Positions 12,776 to 22,510 of a stretch of DNA of 64,000 nt are shown here, one piece after another. Source of the DNA: a virus (lineage: Duplodnaviria; Caudoviricetes); the IMG/VR virus record IMGVR_UViG_3300028920_000023. One strand, given 5' to 3'. Made by a program: the position numbers and the translations under genes. Within the stretch, counting starts at the first letter, position 1. Every line of letters begins with the position of its first letter. The notes under the pieces were generated by a model. That model worked only from the letters and a program-made list of their open reading frames with translations, was not told the origin of the DNA and did no database searches.

Positions 12776-14296
12776 TTATATGATTATCTGCCATTTCTTT
12801 TTACCTAGATCAAAGACCTTGTGAAAACCTTGTGAAGATCTAAGTTCTACTTCTGTCTTGCCCAAATCCTTTTCCGCCTTACTCTTCCTTAAGGCAGATT
12901 TATGAAACCTTGTAGAATTCTTGACCCAATAATAATCGGGTTTAACATCTGAGACGTAGGTCATCCCCATTATCTTATAAACATTCCCAACCATAAGACG
13001 ATTATCAGAGAAAGTAATCAATTTACCAGATATTATTCCCTTCTTCTTGATCCATTTCATGATATACGACCAAATACCATGGACTCTAAAGTCATAATTA
13101 CAGGCCATTCTAGATATTTCCCAATCTCCGGACTTCTGTCTGGTAGGCCTCTTTATGGATAAACAAGCAATTAATTCAAGATCGTAAAAAACACCAACAT
13201 GATAAACCGAATTAACATGCCCTTGATAATGAAATTTTTCGTAAAATGGTCTAACATCTCTGTTGGAACAGATTCTTAATTCACAATCCTTCGGCCTAAT
13301 ACTCCTAGTTTCAATAGATCCAATTTTATTACTAATTATCTTATTAAATAGTTCTCGTGATGAATTGAATTCATCACTATAAATTAATATATCTGGTCTA
13401 ACATTCAATGCATAAGGACAAGAAACATCATAAATTTCATACAAAATGCCCTCGCTATAAACCAGTTCATGAAAACAATGATTGTTTAATCTTGTAATCC
13501 ACCCCAATAATTCAGGTATTCTACTATCAATTTGGTTTCCATAATCAGAAGAACGAATTGTTGCGATTTCTAAAGCAAGAGATACCCTGTCATGCTTGAA
13601 CTTAATATACGGCAACAACTTAGGAACCCACCTCAATATAGCCCTGGACATCATTCGGATCTGTTTTGTATCTCTCCTGTTGCCTACGCCCCTACATGAA
13701 CCAACCTTCAGACTAAGTATCTTGGCTAAGTATTCTACACAAAAATGATCAGTAAGTGAAATCTTAATATATGGCTTCTTATTCTTACTATTAAATCTCC
13801 CAGTGGTTACAGTTCCATCACCATCAATAAGTCCAGCTAACCACGATAAAGAGAAAACATGATCCGAAACTCGCTCGCCAATATCAGCCTCCTTGCCACG
13901 TTTATTGATGTCTGACAATTTCAGTAATAAATCATCCCATTCTTTCTTTTGATCCTCAGTATATGGCGTAAAATCGTCAGAATCTTTTATATTTATAGCT
14001 TGAAGACAAATTTTAGCCTGTCTTCTCTTAACATACAAATAAGGTAATATACCTTGAATCAAAAACCTGAGTTTATTTCCATAAAAGGTAATCTCATAAT
14101 AAGACTTACCGGAATATTTGGCATCCAATAAACTAGCGATATATGGGACAATTATTTTGTCAGTGGTTTTAATTCTGGCTCTGACTCTTCTAATCGTTAC
14201 ATCATATTTTCCTCTCTTAGCTTTTTGATAATTCATCTGAAAAGAACCTTCAGCATCTACAACGCCAGCAATATAAGCCCAATCATCATTTGTCAT
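12776..14296 (-). CDS. Free-standing homing-endonuclease-like chimera: two LAGLIDADG motifs plus Hef-like/Mom-like C-terminal domain
   Basis: YIAGVVDAEGSF and WLAGLIDGDGTV; C-terminal FHYQG, WEISRMA, LITFSDNR, GNVY, PDYYW, RFHK, KVFDLGKKKW. Confidence 0.8.
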   Translation of the reverse strand: MTNDDWAYIAGVVDAEGSFQMNYQKAKRGKYDVTIRRVRARIKTTDKIIVPYIASLLDAKYSGKSYYEITFYGNKLRFLIQGILPYLYVKRRQAKICLQAINIKDSDDFTPYTEDQKKEWDDLLLKLSDINKRGKEADIGERVSDHVFSLSWLAGLIDGDGTVTTGRFNSKNKKPYIKISLTDHFCVEYLAKILSLKVGSCRGVGNRRDTKQIRMMSRAILRWVPKLLPYIKFKHDRVSLALEIATIRSSDYGNQIDSRIPELLGWITRLNNHCFHELVYSEGILYEIYDVSCPYALNVRPDILIYSDEFNSSRELFNKIISNKIGSIETRSIRPKDCELRICSNRDVRPFYEKFHYQGHVNSVYHVGVFYDLELIACLSIKRPTRQKSGDWEISRMACNYDFRVHGIWSYIMKWIKKKGIISGKLITFSDNRLMVGNVYKIMGMTYVSDVKPDYYWVKNSTRFHKSALRKSKAEKDLGKTEVELRSSQGFHKVFDLGKKKWQIII

Positions 14297-14410
14297 TATG
14301 TGCCTCCGTAATAAATATTATATTTTATCGTTAAAATTATTAATGTCAAATTTCCATGATATGAAAGCACGTACATAAAAACAAGAACACACCCAAAAGG
14401 AGCTACAAAC

Positions 14411-15637
14411 GTGTTAGCAGACTTCTTCTTCAAACAAAGAAAACTCTCAATACTACTAGACGGCTCAGCAGGAAGCTCCGGAAAAGGCAGAACAGGCTCC
14501 TGGATAACAGAAAACTCACAAAATTGGCAATTCTGCACAAACACCTTCGCACCGCAAGCCGGACACTGGGTCAAACTCCAAAACGGAAAACAATACTTCT
14601 ACCAAACCCTAAACAGCTGCGCATACCAAGAACACTATGAAAAAATGTACCTCGCCCCCGGCGCGATGATAGAACTACCGGCATTATGGCGAGAACTGGA
14701 AGAAAACAACATAAAACCACACAAACTAGGCATCCACCCACTAACACAAATCCTACAAGACATAGACGCCAAATTCGAACGAGGACAAGTAGACCTCGAC
14801 GGAAATGAACTAGAAAACATCCACGACGGAACGATGCGCGCAGGAACCACAGCACACGGCGTAGGAGCATGCCGAGCAAGACGAATACTCAGAAGAAAAG
14901 AAGCAAAATTCGCCAGAGATATACCAGAACTAAACGAATTTATCTGCGACACCAGCAAAGAAATAATGGACAGACTAGAATCAGGACAAGCCGGATTCAT
15001 GGAAATCGCACAAGGATACCAACTATCCTACATGCTATCCCAATTCTACCCATACTGCACAAGCCGAAACTGCACAGTCGCAGCAGCCATGGACGACTCC
15101 ATGCTCCCAGTCCACCTAGCCGGGAACGTAATGATAAACTTCAGAAGTTACCCAATACGAATCAACAGCAAAAAATACATATCACTAAAAGACGGACACC
15201 ACCTCACCTGGCAAGAAATCCAAAACGGAACAGAAGGAACAGACTACAAAATCATAAACAGCCCAAGCGGACACGGGTACCCAGACCAAGAAGAAACAAC
15301 CTGGGAACACGTAACAGAAACATCCGGATCAAAAGAACCAATCCTAGAAATGACCAGCGTCACCAAACTACCCAGACGCGTATTCACATTCAGCAAACAA
15401 AACGTAGAAGACGCCATACGAGCAAACAGAGCAAACGGAGAAGTCTACTGCAGCCTAAACTTCATAGACTACATAGACTCAAAATTAGCAGGAAAAAACG
15501 GCATCGACAAAACAACATCAAAAACACAAGAATGGATAGACAACAACTTCCCACAAAAACACAGACTAGCACTTCTCGGAACAGGACCACACACAGAAGA
15601 TACCATAATCAGATTGAGAGACACCATCCTACCATAA
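14411..15637 (+). CDS. purZ: PurZ-type adenylosuccinate-synthetase homolog (N6-succino-2-amino-dAMP synthase)
   Basis: DGSAGSSGKG (Ser where PurA has the catalytic Asp of GDEGKG), PQAGH, YPYCTSRNCT, RSYPIR, TSVTKLPRRVFTFS, SLNFIDY, GTGP; GTG start with AAAGGAG RBS. Confidence 0.85.
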   Translation: MLADFFFKQRKLSILLDGSAGSSGKGRTGSWITENSQNWQFCTNTFAPQAGHWVKLQNGKQYFYQTLNSCAYQEHYEKMYLAPGAMIELPALWRELEENNIKPHKLGIHPLTQILQDIDAKFERGQVDLDGNELENIHDGTMRAGTTAHGVGACRARRILRRKEAKFARDIPELNEFICDTSKEIMDRLESGQAGFMEIAQGYQLSYMLSQFYPYCTSRNCTVAAAMDDSMLPVHLAGNVMINFRSYPIRINSKKYISLKDGHHLTWQEIQNGTEGTDYKIINSPSGHGYPDQEETTWEHVTETSGSKEPILEMTSVTKLPRRVFTFSKQNVEDAIRANRANGEVYCSLNFIDYIDSKLAGKNGIDKTTSKTQEWIDNNFPQKHRLALLGTGPHTEDTIIRLRDTILP

Positions 15638-15711
15638 TCAGATCCTAAACAAACAAACCTAAAGAAACAAACACCCCAGAAACCCTGGGGTGTTTCCATA
15701 GGAAAACAACA

Positions 15712-16194
15712 ATGGACAACAGAATACAACTAACCAACGAACCAACAACAACCACCACCAAAGGACAATTATCCGACACATACCCAAACGCAGAAGACCC
15801 ACCCCGCTACGACCTAATGAAAAGCTACCTCATAGGCCTACTAACCCACCAAAGCGGAACAGAACAACCAACAGAATACCGAGAAGGAACACTCTGGTAC
15901 AACCTACAACAAATCAAAATCAACCTAACAGACCAATGGCACCCACTAACAACAATACTAAACCTACCAACAATAACACAACCACCACAAAAAGCACACT
16001 ACAGCGGAAAAACCACACAACAAACCACCACAATACCAATACCCGAAAAACTCCAACAAACAACCGGATGGAAATATACCATATGGGTAAACGGCCTACT
16101 ATGGCAAACAGGCCAAATCACAGAATGCACAATCAACCTACAAAACCCAACACCAGAAAACAGCCGATACACAACCCTACTCACGGAATACTAA
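15712..16194 (+). CDS. Hypothetical protein
   Basis: 160-aa ORF. Confidence 0.7.
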   Translation: MDNRIQLTNEPTTTTTKGQLSDTYPNAEDPPRYDLMKSYLIGLLTHQSGTEQPTEYREGTLWYNLQQIKINLTDQWHPLTTILNLPTITQPPQKAHYSGKTTQQTTTIPIPEKLQQTTGWKYTIWVNGLLWQTGQITECTINLQNPTPENSRYTTLLTEY

Positions 16195-16195
16195 A

Positions 16196-16486
16196 ATGAA
16201 CCCACAACAAATAGCACAACAAATGGACCAACAACTCTGCAAACACTGCAAAACACACCAAGTAGAACCAGGAAAAGACCTCTGCTCAGACTGCATCATA
16301 CCCTGCGCAGAATGCGGAGACGAAAACGCCCACCCAAGAAAAGACATAGACAACGAATACTACTGCGACAACTGCTACCAAGAAATACAAGACCTAATAG
16401 CCCAACACAAACACCAAATGACACCAGCACAAAAACAACGATACAACGCAGACATCTACGGAGACAACGACTATATACAACCCTGA
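16196..16486 (+). CDS. Cys-rich Zn-finger protein
   Basis: Four CxxC motifs. Confidence 0.7.
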   Translation: MNPQQIAQQMDQQLCKHCKTHQVEPGKDLCSDCIIPCAECGDENAHPRKDIDNEYYCDNCYQEIQDLIAQHKHQMTPAQKQRYNADIYGDNDYIQP

Positions 16487-17136
16487 CAATACAAACTATA
16501 ATAACTATCAAAATTAGACAACCTACGATCAGACGCAACAATCCGATCACTCATATTATCCGCCAAACCAACAACACTAAAAGGATCAAAACCAGGATCA
16601 AAAACATCCAAAACCCAATCACTATAAACCCCAAGCTTAACCCCAGGACCATCACTCAACAAACTAACACGATAACCATCAACCTTCAAAATAATATCCT
16701 CAGAAGACACATGACACCTATGTAAAGAAGCACAATCGCCAGGACCACCAGACGTATAAACAGAATACGTCAAACCACAATCCAACAACCTCCTATTAAC
16801 CAAAAAACAAAAAAGAACAGGAAAACCACCAACAAACTCCCTAACAATATCAGACCTCTCACGCTCCTCAATAAACCCAGACACCAAAGAACTAACCGAA
16901 AAAGCAAAATCACCATAATCCACCCTACCAACAAAACCCTCCCTAGGAAAACAAGAATAAGACAAAGAATCAACAACACAATACGCCAAAACACAAGTCA
17001 CCGGATATACAAAAAACACCAAATCCTGCTTCTCAAAAGAAATGCAAGGACCAACAGAATACCTAGGATCACGAGAAAGACCAACCTGACGATAACCACA
17101 ATAAGACAAACAAGCAATAATCTCAGAACAATCCAA
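16471..17136 (-). CDS. Hypothetical protein (start uncertain)
   Basis: ORF 16471-17211; probable TTG start at 17136 just after the upstream stop. Confidence 0.65.
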   Translation of the reverse strand: MDCSEIIACLSYCGYRQVGLSRDPRYSVGPCISFEKQDLVFFVYPVTCVLAYCVVDSLSYSCFPREGFVGRVDYGDFAFSVSSLVSGFIEERERSDIVREFVGGFPVLFCFLVNRRLLDCGLTYSVYTSGGPGDCASLHRCHVSSEDIILKVDGYRVSLLSDGPGVKLGVYSDWVLDVFDPGFDPFSVVGLADNMSDRIVASDRRLSNFDSYYSLYCQGCI

Positions 17137-17137
17137 C

Positions 17138-17491
17138 TCAGGAACCCCTAACAAGCTCAGGCGGAACCCTACTAACCCAATGCTCAGGAACCCAAATAAG
17201 CTTATCACCAAACTTCACACGATAATGAACATGATCCCTAGCAGCAACAACACCAAAACTCAAAAAATAAGGATGACGATCATTATTAACATAAACCCTA
17301 GTACCCTCCTCCATCGGAGGAATATCAGGCTCAATACTCAACTGACGATCAACCCCAGGAGAAACAACCTCAACAACCTCATCACCATCACCCATAAAAA
17401 ACCTATCACATCCAGAACAATACTCAGCACAAGGCAAAGCCTCATCCCACTTAACACGAATAGTAGAAGAACCACAAACAGAACAAATCAT
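17138..17491 (-). CDS. Zn ribbon plus SH3/KOW-like small protein
   Basis: CSVC..CSGC; GTRVYV..FGVV..YRVKFG..WVP. Confidence 0.7.
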   Translation of the reverse strand: MICSVCGSSTIRVKWDEALPCAEYCSGCDRFFMGDGDEVVEVVSPGVDRQLSIEPDIPPMEEGTRVYVNNDRHPYFLSFGVVAARDHVHYRVKFGDKLIWVPEHWVSRVPPELVRGS

Positions 17492-18027
17492 TTACATAAG
17501 AACCTAATCTGCTGAATCAAATCACACAACCTAATACGCAACAAATCATCAACATCACCAATAGCATCATTCAACAACTCAGACTCCTTAGCATATATCA
17601 TAAAAAACTTCCTACGATCCTCAGAAGCAGACTTAAAATCAGAAATCACCTCAGAAAGATTATCAATACGATCACACAACTTAATAACCTTAGCCTCGTT
17701 ACTAACCTTAGCAAGACGAGACCTATCCATAGCCTTACGCTTAGCCCTAGGCTCCTTACTATCCTTAGAAACATTCGTCAGCTCCTGGACAAGAGCAGTC
17801 ACACCACCACCAAACCTAGCAGTAATAATCTCAGGAGTCACCTTATCCGGATGATCCTCCAAAGAATCATGCAAAAGAGCAGCGACAACCATGTACTTCG
17901 TACACATCGGATGGGACATCACCGCCCCAGCCACACGAGTCAGGTGCGTCAAGTACGGCTTACCGTTATCCTTGCGCTTCTGCCCATTGTGCACCTGCTT
18001 GGCAAATTCCAAAGCCTCATAGATCAT
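17488..18027 (-). CDS. HD-domain hydrolase, SpoT/Mesh1 ((p)ppGpp hydrolase) type
   Basis: H.GQKRK..PYLTH, AALLHDSLED, KLCDRIDNL. Confidence 0.88.
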   Translation of the reverse strand: MIYEALEFAKQVHNGQKRKDNGKPYLTHLTRVAGAVMSHPMCTKYMVVAALLHDSLEDHPDKVTPEIITARFGGGVTALVQELTNVSKDSKEPRAKRKAMDRSRLAKVSNEAKVIKLCDRIDNLSEVISDFKSASEDRRKFFMIYAKESELLNDAIGDVDDLLRIRLCDLIQQIRFLCK

Positions 18028-18518
18028 GACAATACCTTCTTATCTATCCTCTCCGAACGGGCCGGCGTCGGTCCTATCTGACCACAGTATCTGCCCGTAT
18101 CAGCATACGAAAGTTCAGTACTCTCGCTCAGAGGAATAAACAACATCTGCGCAATCTTAATATCAGGATTCAAAACAACCGGCGTATTACTAGCATTATA
18201 CAACTCTAAAGTGCCCTGGCCCCGAAATCCAGGATCAAAAAACACACTCAAACAATGACTAACCCCCATACGACCAATCGTACTCTTCAAACGAAGTTCA
18301 CCAGCAAGATCCAAAGGAAAAACAAAAAACTCATTCGTAGTAGCAATAATAAACTCATGAGGCATAAGCTTAATAGGCAACAAAGCATCCTCATCACCCT
18401 TAACCAAAACATTCCTATTAAGCGTCACATCATAACTAGCAGGATTAACCATATTAGAATTAAAAGGCGTAATAATACTAGGACCGTGCTTTAGAATCCA
18501 CTGCGCCGGATGAAGCAT
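18024..18518 (-). CDS. dcd: dCTP deaminase
   Basis: NPASYDVTL, KSTIGRMG, DPGFRGQGTLEL, IAQMLF, Y.GQIGPT. Confidence 0.9.
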   Translation of the reverse strand: MLHPAQWILKHGPSIITPFNSNMVNPASYDVTLNRNVLVKGDEDALLPIKLMPHEFIIATTNEFFVFPLDLAGELRLKSTIGRMGVSHCLSVFFDPGFRGQGTLELYNASNTPVVLNPDIKIAQMLFIPLSESTELSYADTGRYCGQIGPTPARSERIDKKVLS

Positions 18519-19188
18519 TCTCTCTAATCTCCCTAGACCTCTTGCCCAAAACAGAAACAACCCTCTGAGCAGCATCAAAACCAACATCATACCTAGCAAC
18601 CTTACCCTGAAAATTAATAACAGTATCAGGACTAACATTACCACACAATTTAATAGGAACACCAGAACGCTCACGAATCATACGAATAGCATCCGCATGA
18701 TCCTTATCCTTAAACCTCTGCAACCGCAAATCAACATTCGTACGCAAAAAATCAGGCGGAAACTTCTTAAAATGCTTAAAAAACTTAATAATATCCTCAA
18801 ACTTCCTACCATGCAAATTCAAACAATACCTCAACTCCTTACCAGCCAAATCCTTACGAAAAAAACGATACAACTCAGATAACTCATTCTCACATTCTTT
18901 ATCAGTACGACCACTACTCAACAAAATCTCAAAACCATCCGCATTCAAAGCACCAGAAGGCAAAACACCAACCTTCTCACCAGCAAAACACCTACCCTCA
19001 GGAAAATCAACAGTACAAATAACCCTAAACTTATTCAAATACCCCTGGCGCAACATGATAGCAGAAGTAACCAACTCAGGAGGAACAACAATCGCGGGAA
19101 TGCGATTTTTAATAGCAAAAGAAGAAAGCCTAGAAACATCCGAACCAAGACCAACATTCACCTCAAGACGACTAAGCAAATTCAACAT
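18478..19188 (-). CDS. DeoC (deoxyribose-phosphate aldolase)-like TIM barrel, catalytically degenerate
   Basis: VICTVDFPEG, ADGFEIL, DFLRTNV (canonical DFxKTSTG), PIKLCG. Confidence 0.6.
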   Translation of the reverse strand: MLNLLSRLEVNVGLGSDVSRLSSFAIKNRIPAIVVPPELVTSAIMLRQGYLNKFRVICTVDFPEGRCFAGEKVGVLPSGALNADGFEILLSSGRTDKECENELSELYRFFRKDLAGKELRYCLNLHGRKFEDIIKFFKHFKKFPPDFLRTNVDLRLQRFKDKDHADAIRMIRERSGVPIKLCGNVSPDTVINFQGKVARYDVGFDAAQRVVSVLGKRSREIRENASSGAVDSKARS

Positions 19189-19233
19189 AACAAGGCCCCC
19201 AAAATAAAACTATATACCACCGGGAACCTAAAC

Positions 19234-19932
19234 CTACGAAGTCAAAGCCTTATACAAAGTCAACTGACCACTAAAAGTAGGCGAAGCAGCCTGCTTAATT
19301 ACACCAACAGTAATACCATTCAAAGCATTAGCATCAGCAGCCCTATAAGCACTAACCATCGCCACACTATAAAGACCACCATCAGGAACATAATGCAAAT
19401 TACCAATAACAGAAGAAGGAGTACTACTAACCGTGCCAATATGAACCCAAATAATACCATTAATAGGAGCAGAATTATCAACAGCCTCCGTCATATAAGA
19501 ATTAAGAGTATTAGAACCACTACCAGTACCAGATTGCCATCTAAAACGTTGAATATTAGAGTATGTGGTAGTACCACCCAAAGTCCTTTTCAACGACACA
19601 TAAAAAAGAGACACATCAATACTAATCGTAATATTATTCAAAATGAGACAATAACTAAAACCAGCATCTAAATTATCAAACGTAACATTCGCAGAACCAG
19701 AAACATTCTTATTCTCAACAAACTCCATATTCCCAGCAGCACCAGCCGGACCAGTAGCACCCTGGGCACCCTGCGAACCAGCAGGACCAGTAGCGCCCTG
19801 GACACCAGCAGCACCAGTAGGACCAGTAACGCTAGGACCAGTAGGCCCAATCGCACCCTGTGCACCAGCAGGACCCTGCGGACCAGAATCACCACGAAAA
19901 GCAACATTACTCAAACTAGTAGGAGAAACCAT
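19234..19932 (-). CDS. Short collagen-repeat protein with beta-rich C-terminal domain (fibre-like)
   Basis: About 18 G-X-Y triplets ([10 protein letters not shown]...). Confidence 0.85.
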   Translation of the reverse strand: MVSPTSLSNVAFRGDSGPQGPAGAQGAIGPTGPSVTGPTGAAGVQGATGPAGSQGAQGATGPAGAAGNMEFVENKNVSGSANVTFDNLDAGFSYCLILNNITISIDVSLFYVSLKRTLGGTTTYSNIQRFRWQSGTGSGSNTLNSYMTEAVDNSAPINGIIWVHIGTVSSTPSSVIGNLHYVPDGGLYSVAMVSAYRAADANALNGITVGVIKQAASPTFSGQLTLYKALTS

Positions 19933-19967
19933 AATAAACCCTCACATAAGACCCAAAATATATTTTT

Positions 19968-20540
19968 CTACCTCCTCAAAAACCTATGCCAACGCAACAT
20001 CTCCTCATAACCATCCGGACCCCACACATCATCATCACACCTACCATCATCCCAAAACTGCAACAAACCAAACAAATCAACCAAACTCTCAACACAATAC
20101 TTAGGCCAAACAGCACTCATACCCAACTGCTCCAACAACCACATCGACGGCATACCCTCACACACAATAAAAACAGGCTTATACCTACCAAACGTAATCT
20201 CCTCCAACGTACCATACGTCTTAGCACCACACAAATTAACAATCATCCAATCACACTGTGCAGCCCAAGTCAAACCAGCCAACCTCAAATCACGAACCCC
20301 AGACCACTCACGCTCCAAACGAACAAACTCACCATCCTCAAAACAAGCAACACGCCTACGATCCTCACGCTGCCTAACACCATCCACATCAGGAACAAAA
20401 TCAGGCTTCTTAAGAGGATCCCAAACACCAACATCCAAAGAACCCAAAAACCCAGAACACTCATCACGCCAAGAAGACGCATCACCCTCGAACTCAATAG
20501 GCCCAGACAAATAACACACAGAACCACCAAGAAAACCCAT
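19968..20540 (-). CDS. Nucleoside 2-deoxyribosyltransferase / dNMP N-glycosidase-like protein
   Basis: YLSGPIE..WR, DP, DLRL..CD.MIV, GTLEE. Confidence 0.75.
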   Translation of the reverse strand: MGFLGGSVCYLSGPIEFEGDASSWRDECSGFLGSLDVGVWDPLKKPDFVPDVDGVRQREDRRRVACFEDGEFVRLEREWSGVRDLRLAGLTWAAQCDWMIVNLCGAKTYGTLEEITFGRYKPVFIVCEGMPSMWLLEQLGMSAVWPKYCVESLVDLFGLLQFWDDGRCDDDVWGPDGYEEMLRWHRFLRR

Positions 20541-20627
20541 AACAGGTCCCCCACAAACAACACAAAATTTTAAAAAGAAAAACAACAACACTAAAATATC
20601 AAACAAACAACACCCAACAATACCAAA

Positions 20628-20828
20628 CTACGGAGTCAAACCAGACAAACTACCATTCATAAACTTATCATCATGACCCATCTGCACAAACTCCACAGAC
20701 GCATCAAAACGATGAGCACCAGAAGAAGACCTCCTCTTCTCACCATCAGCCTTAAAAGACTCAGGAGAATCACCCTCACAAACCAACCCCAAAGCCTCAT
20801 CCAACCTAACATCAAGATCACCCAACAT
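20628..20828 (-). CDS. Hypothetical protein
   Basis: GGGAGGG RBS, 66 aa. Confidence 0.6.
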   Translation of the reverse strand: MLGDLDVRLDEALGLVCEGDSPESFKADGEKRRSSSGAHRFDASVEFVQMGHDDKFMNGSLSGLTP

Positions 20829-20950
20829 AAACACACCCTCCCAAAATAACAACCAAAATATCTTTTACCAGATCCCTAAACATTACCCAATATCTTTTAC
20901 CACCAACCGCATAAGATAACATGATCGGACACCCTCGGGCTCAACCAAAC

Positions 20951-21253
20951 ATGCTCCAACAAATAGCACAACAACTAAACCTATCAACACAAGCAACCCA
21001 GAACAACCACCCACACATCCAACTAACACAAAACACACAACTAACCCAACCAAACCAAACCCTAACCATAACAACACAAAACGACCACAACAACACAACA
21101 ACCAAAATACTCAAAAAACACCACATAAGAACCACAGGAAAAAGCTGGACAATACCAACCAACACCCAAACCACAGAAATATACTGGCCAGACCCAAACC
21201 CCAAAGCAAACCTCATCGCAGCACTGAAAGAAATACAATGTTCCAACAAATAG
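20951..21253 (+). CDS. Hypothetical protein, tandem paralog 1 (WPDPNPKANLIAAL C-terminus)
   Basis: C-terminal DNA repeat shared with the next two ORFs. Confidence 0.65.
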   Translation: MLQQIAQQLNLSTQATQNNHPHIQLTQNTQLTQPNQTLTITTQNDHNNTTTKILKKHHIRTTGKSWTIPTNTQTTEIYWPDPNPKANLIAALKEIQCSNK

Positions 21254-21612
21254 CACAACAACTCCAGCTACCAATAATCACCCTAGAAGACCAACTACCA
21301 ATAATCACCCTAGAAGACCAACAAATCCGACTAACACCACACACAACCCTACACAACGCCCCAGAACGAATACGAATAAACCACGACGGAACACAAACCA
21401 AATACAACGGCCCAGAACTACTCCTAACAATCAACCCAGAAACACCAGAACACACAGAACAAATAACGAAAATCCTAGAAAAACACAACGTCCAATACGC
21501 CAAATGGCACGAGAATACAAGACATACAACCAAAATAGCCATAGTCTGGCCAGACCCAAACCCAAAAGCAAACCTCATCGCAGCACTACAAGAAATACAC
21601 AAAAATGGTTGA
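21238..21612 (+). CDS. Hypothetical protein, tandem paralog 2
   Basis: MFQQIAQQL start and WPDPNPKANLIAAL end match paralog 1. Confidence 0.7.
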   Translation: MFQQIAQQLQLPIITLEDQLPIITLEDQQIRLTPHTTLHNAPERIRINHDGTQTKYNGPELLLTINPETPEHTEQITKILEKHNVQYAKWHENTRHTTKIAIVWPDPNPKANLIAALQEIHKNG

Positions 21613-21910
21613 ACAAATAACACAAACACTCGGACTAACCGCATTCTACGACATCAAACACTGCAAATATCTCGACAAAGAATACGTGCTAGTCTACATC
21701 AAACTATCACCAAACACACAACTCATCAACGAACTAACAACCAACCAATACGAAATAAAAACAGAAAAAGAACACAAACAGAAAATAACACAAACACTCA
21801 ACAAACACCACATACCCCACAGAATAGAACACGCAACACACACCAACGAATGGGAAGAAATAACCTTCCACATAACCTGGCCAGACCCAACCCCAAAGCA
21901 AACCTCATAA
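21605..21910 (+). CDS. Hypothetical protein, tandem paralog 3 (1-nt deletion truncates the shared C-terminus)
   Basis: WPDPTPKQTS*; the shared motif continues out of frame. Confidence 0.6.
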   Translation: MVEQITQTLGLTAFYDIKHCKYLDKEYVLVYIKLSPNTQLINELTTNQYEIKTEKEHKQKITQTLNKHHIPHRIEHATHTNEWEEITFHITWPDPTPKQTS

Positions 21911-22001
21911 CAGCACTAAGAGAAATACAACACCCACAATTGCCAAAAAACCATCCCCAGATACAACAGCAATCGACCTCTAAACAATCTAAATAAAAAC
22001 A

Positions 22002-22268
22002 ATGACAAAACACATCAAAAGAATAATACAGCTAATACAAAACCCCTACTACAAACCATTCCCCGAACATCAACTATCAGACTGGGAACACAACAAAAAC
22101 GTAATATACCTACAACCATACAACCGACCACTATACCACCCACGAACATACCACCCAAAACCACTAGCAAAAGCCTTCAGACTATTCAACCTAAGAAAAC
22201 AAAACAAAATACCAGAAAAACAACTAGACCAAGTCTACAAATACTACAAAAAACAAATGTACGGCTAA
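22002..22268 (+). CDS. Hypothetical protein
   Basis: 88-aa ORF. Confidence 0.6.
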   Translation: MTKHIKRIIQLIQNPYYKPFPEHQLSDWEHNKNVIYLQPYNRPLYHPRTYHPKPLAKAFRLFNLRKQNKIPEKQLDQVYKYYKKQMYG

Positions 22269-22510
22269 CCAACTCAGGAGAAATTAATAATAAAATAATA
22301 AATGCACCTCATGTCGGGATTCTCGTTGCCCCTATAGAAAAGCCCCATCACAAGTGGGCACGGATTCTCAAAATAGGAAGATTCCATCTGGCTCTCGGAT
22401 TGAAATTGATGTGGGTAAATCAGGGCTACCTAATGAGATTGTCTTGAGTCGCGTTATTGGCGGTCGGAAGGTTTCTCGCATTTATATTCAGAAGAGTTGA
22501 TTTTCCGACC

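Noticed and set aside
14296-14574. Zn-ribbon-like ORF MTQCPACG
   Set aside because: Antisense to the conserved N-terminal motifs of purZ
17488-18027. DatZ dATPase
   Set aside because: Motifs (HxGQxRK, HDxxED, KxxDRxxN) are SpoT/Mesh1-type
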